DNA from: an uncultured Verrucomicrobiae bacterium
Lineage (GTDB): Bacteria; Verrucomicrobiota; Verrucomicrobiia; Chthoniobacterales; JAFAMB01
Assembly (NCBI GenBank): GCA_963813025.1
Contig: CAWEXO010000008.1
Coordinates: 192,001 to 256,000 of the forward strand
Direction: 5' to 3'
DNA length: 64,000 nucleotides
The notes below the pieces were generated by a model. That model did no database searches and was not told where the DNA came from. It worked only from the letters and a program-made list of their open reading frames with translations. Shown one piece after another: positions 60,953 to 64,000 of the stretch; the stretch's first letter is position 1, and every line of letters begins with the position of its first letter. A program made the position numbers and the translations under genes.

Positions 60953-62047
60953 ATGAAAAAACTACGTCGTTCCTCCCCATCGGCTCCAGACGTTACGGGA
61001 GTCTCCCGGCGCGAAGCCCTTCGTCGTGCCGCTCGTGCCGGTGCCCTAGTTTCGCTCTCGCCCTTGGCCGGGTTTGCCGTTTCGAGTGCCGAAGCAGCTG
61101 ACGAAGCTCTCGGCAAGTTCCCCAAGCATCCGAAGTGGAAGTTCGTCTTCGTTAATCACGTCACCACCAACCCATTCTTCGTTCCTACCAGGTACGGGGC
61201 GGAAGACGCTTGCGCGCTTTTGGGTTGTACTTACCAGTGGACCGGATCGGAGAAATCGATTGCAACCGATATGGTCAACGCACTGAACACCGCGGTGTCC
61301 GCAAAGGCCGACGGGATTGCGGTGTGCCTGGTTGATCTAAACGCGTTCAACGAACCGGTCGAAAAGGCCTTGGCGGCCGGTGTGCCGGTCGTCTCCTATA
61401 ATGCAGATGCTAAAGGGAACAAACGCCTTTGCTATATCGGCCAGGATCTTTTCCTTTCCGGGAAAGCCCTCGGCGAGCGAATTGTTGCCCAGGTTGGCGA
61501 AGGCGACGTCGTCGGTTTTATCGCTACGCCGGGCCAGCTAAATATCCAGCCGCGTTTGGATGGCGCCAAAGAAGCAATCAAAGAATCAGGCAAGAAGATC
61601 AACCTGAGCGAGATCGCCACCGGGCCAACGGTCAATGAAGAACAGTCGGCAATTCAGGCCTTTTTTTCCGGGCATCCGGACATCAAGGGGATGTTTGCCG
61701 TGGACGCCGGAAGCACACAAGGTGTAGCCAAGACGATGGCCGCGAATAAGCTGCGGGAGAAGGGCGTGCACGCAGGGGGGTTCGATCTTCTCCCCGTGAC
61801 GCTGGAAGCGATCTCGCAAGGCAACCTTGATTTCACGATCGATCAGCAACCCTATCTGCAGGGCTTCTATACCGTGATGGTACTCTTTCTGTACAAGCTC
61901 TCTGGTGGGTTGGCCGGCCCGGCAGACATCAACACAGGTTTGAAGTTTGTTACGAAGGAGAGCGTTGGTCCCTACCTGACTACCCAGAGCCGCTTCCAGG
62001 GCAGCTCGGCGGACGAAAAGGCGTTGCAGCGGTCCGGCCCAATTTAA
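60953..62047 (+). CDS. Tat-exported sugar-binding protein (periplasmic binding protein type I)
   Basis: SRREALR Tat motif; NHVTTNPFF, YIGQD, IDQQPYLQG. Confidence 0.85.
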   Translation: MKKLRRSSPSAPDVTGVSRREALRRAARAGALVSLSPLAGFAVSSAEAADEALGKFPKHPKWKFVFVNHVTTNPFFVPTRYGAEDACALLGCTYQWTGSEKSIATDMVNALNTAVSAKADGIAVCLVDLNAFNEPVEKALAAGVPVVSYNADAKGNKRLCYIGQDLFLSGKALGERIVAQVGEGDVVGFIATPGQLNIQPRLDGAKEAIKESGKKINLSEIATGPTVNEEQSAIQAFFSGHPDIKGMFAVDAGSTQGVAKTMAANKLREKGVHAGGFDLLPVTLEAISQGNLDFTIDQQPYLQGFYTVMVLFLYKLSGGLAGPADINTGLKFVTKESVGPYLTTQSRFQGSSADEKALQRSGPI

Positions 62048-62194
62048 CCAAGCGGAGGGATGTAGCTGCAGAGGGAATAATATTCTCGTCCTTGGGTTTG
62101 CGTTAAGAGGGCCGTCTGAAATCAGCCGGCCCTCCTACTTCGTTGAGGCTGTGGCGCACTCCAAAACCTCTCGCAGCGTCGCCTTTGCTTTGTT

Positions 62195-62300
62195 CCGGTA
62201 GGGCGAAAACTTGTTTGAGCCGTCTTCGTCGCGACAACCTCCCAAGGTCCGGCTCAAACGAGTTCTCGCTAGAGCTCGAATAAATTCTCGCCCTACCGGA
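62195..62300. repeat. REP-like long palindrome family B, copy with shortened left arm
   Basis: TCCGGTAGGGCGAAAACTTGTTTGAGCCG...CGGCTCAAACGAGTTCTCGCTAGAGCTCGAATAAATTCTCGCCCTACCGGA. Confidence 0.85.
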
Positions 62301-62419
62301 AACAGCCCCAAAGACGCGCTGAAGGACATCTTCAAAATGTCATCTACCTATCGTTTCGCGTCGAAGCGCCACAGGTTTCCAAACTCCGACAGGAACGGAA
62401 ATGGACGTTGGAATGAGGT

Positions 62420-63187
62420 CTACCGAAGTCTCTTCAGCACCTCTTTCCCTTCACGCTTCGTCTCGGGATCGTCCTTCTCCGTATCCTGCATGGCGAGCCC
62501 CTTGTTAATGAGAGACCGCGCCTTATCGACTTCCCCCATCCGCGCGTAGACTCGTCCCAACTCAATATAGTGCATCAGACGGTTCGGATTCAGTTCGATC
62601 GCCTTCTCGAAACAGGTAGCCGCCTCCTCGTAAGTGCAATCCGGCAGCTTGCCATAAGTGACTTGCGCCATCATTCGGTGGACCGGGTCGACTTCGGCAA
62701 CGCCCCTGTACCATCGACCCAGCACGTGCCAGCCCAAATCATTGCGCGGGTCGAGCTGGACCACTTTGTCAGCTGCGTCCTTGATGATATGCACCGCTTC
62801 GAATCTTTGGCGGCTCGCCTCAAAGGGCTGCACTTTTCCATAGCTAATTGCTACGGCAAGCTGGGCCTCTGGATCTTTCGGCGCGAGAACGACGGCACGC
62901 TTCGCATAATCCACTGCGATACCCCCGAGTTTAAGCTTCTCCGCCGGATTAGTGGCATCGCTCATCAAATGCCGGTATTCACGCGAGATATGCACCAGCA
63001 GGCGCACGTTGTTCGGCTCAAGCTTCTCCGCTGGGAGATAAAATTTTAGCGCCTGGGCCGCCTGCAATTTCGCATAATAGAAGTCTCCGTTCTGGATCAA
63101 CTCATCTGCCGACTGCGCCCGTAGCGTCGCACTTGTCAAAAGCAGTGCCGCAAGCAAGGGAAACGCTCGGGAGGAAACGGAATTCAT
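62420..63187 (-). CDS. Exported TPR protein (RMD1-like)
   Basis: Signal peptide; helical repeats WHVLGRWY, FEKAIELNPNRLMHYIELGR. Confidence 0.75.
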   Translation of the reverse strand: MNSVSSRAFPLLAALLLTSATLRAQSADELIQNGDFYYAKLQAAQALKFYLPAEKLEPNNVRLLVHISREYRHLMSDATNPAEKLKLGGIAVDYAKRAVVLAPKDPEAQLAVAISYGKVQPFEASRQRFEAVHIIKDAADKVVQLDPRNDLGWHVLGRWYRGVAEVDPVHRMMAQVTYGKLPDCTYEEAATCFEKAIELNPNRLMHYIELGRVYARMGEVDKARSLINKGLAMQDTEKDDPETKREGKEVLKRLR

Positions 63188-63323
63188 GGCTGTACAAACC
63201 GAAGGCACAAAGCATAGCGCTGTGACCGCTCGTGGCTCCCATATTAGCGCGGAGTTTCCGATCGGCAACTCGAAATCGGCAGGTCTATTCCGTCCATTTC
63301 GCACCGATCGTGCGGACGTAGGC

Positions 63324-63998
63324 CTATCGATGCAGATCGCGAACACCTGCCTCAACCAGGCGACCGGCATTTAAAAGCTTCGATTCGCTGAATCGCGGAC
63401 CAATAAGCTGAAGGCTGGTGAGCGGCACGGCCTTATCATTGATTGGAATCGGCATCGCCAGCGCGGGATTTCCCGCGAAATTCACTGGGACGGTGTTTTG
63501 CAGAGCCAACATCGCTGCTTCAAAAAGGGCGGTACCCCCCAAGGGTGGAATCGTTGGCGGCAGCGTCTGAAGGGTAGGTAAAGCGATAAAATCAACCTTT
63601 TTAAAGATTTGCCGAAGATCACGCTGCCACTGCGCTCGTCTCCTTAAAGCGTTCCGGTAATTTGTCGTATATTCGAATTGCCCCAAGGCGATGATTGCCT
63701 GGGTCTTGGCACTTACTCCCGGTTTACCGAAATATTTACGATCACTGAGCCAAGCACCAGCCGCCGCCAAAGTATCCCCATCCGCCTTGGCCTGAGCCCA
63801 CCTCGCGTTAAAGCGTTTGTTCAATACAGTGAACCGAAAGTGTGTGCGGAAAAGAGCGTTATCAACCGCCTGGTCGACTTTCGGGTCGGTACCGGTCAGG
63901 TAAAGCCGGGCAATTCTGATCTGATTTCCCGAACCTTTGGCGGCGACGGCTTCTCTGTATCGCTCGGCAAATCCATTCTGCAAAAGATCCATTCCTTG
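63324..63998 (-). CDS. Amidase (GatA-like) family protein, C-terminal part (runs off the right edge)
   Basis: VDFIALPT, NTVPVNFAGNPALAMP, SLQLIGPRFSESKLL. Confidence 0.8.
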   Translation of the reverse strand, partial: QGMDLLQNGFAERYREAVAAKGSGNQIRIARLYLTGTDPKVDQAVDNALFRTHFRFTVLNKRFNARWAQAKADGDTLAAAGAWLSDRKYFGKPGVSAKTQAIIALGQFEYTTNYRNALRRRAQWQRDLRQIFKKVDFIALPTLQTLPPTIPPLGGTALFEAAMLALQNTVPVNFAGNPALAMPIPINDKAVPLTSLQLIGPRFSESKLLNAGRLVEAGVRDLHR

Positions 63999-64000
63999 CA

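Noticed and set aside
1..64000. tRNA, rRNA, integrase or prophage genes
   Set aside because: None recognised in the window.

Overview
This is a GC-rich bacterial window, tentatively from a soil Verrucomicrobiota/PVC-type genome (an inference from gene content and style only). It has four zones. (1) 1-20 kb: a general-stress and signalling cluster with a P450 tail, flavin amine oxidase, AKR, Zn-ADH, YciF remnant, DHp-only protein plus NarL regulator, ECF sigma, two tiny membrane proteins missing from the ORF track, a REC-only regulator, a CheB-CheR-PAS-HisKA_3 kinase, LpxR, CbpA/CbpM and a LigC-like ligase. (2) 20-27 kb: a sugar ABC transporter with GH127, an L,D-transpeptidase and an MBL hydrolase. 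(3) 27.4-37.6 kb: an indel-rich candidate defence island with VapBC, an intact IS630 element, a SLOG + multi-TM SLATT-like effector, a YHS protein, and a large TIR-like (DUF4062-type)-nSTAND-TM-15xWD40-TPR receptor. The receptor's 123-bp repeats are nearly identical but hypervariable at fixed positions. (4) 37.8-64 kb: sugar uptake and catabolism (GH116 ABC operon, LacI, LsrB-like ABC, SIS protein), YihY, an internally deleted HAD plus a G1PDH-like gene, Mut7-C, orphan actC-actD, orphan binding proteins and an amidase tail. The best candidate for a new system is the NLR-like receptor/SLOG-SLATT effector pair, possibly a Thoeris-like nucleotide-signalling defence. A second original signal is a 30-nt hairpin mini-element inserted twice at GA^GC sites inside a REP-like palindrome. 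All family calls are motif recognition by eye; no searches were run.
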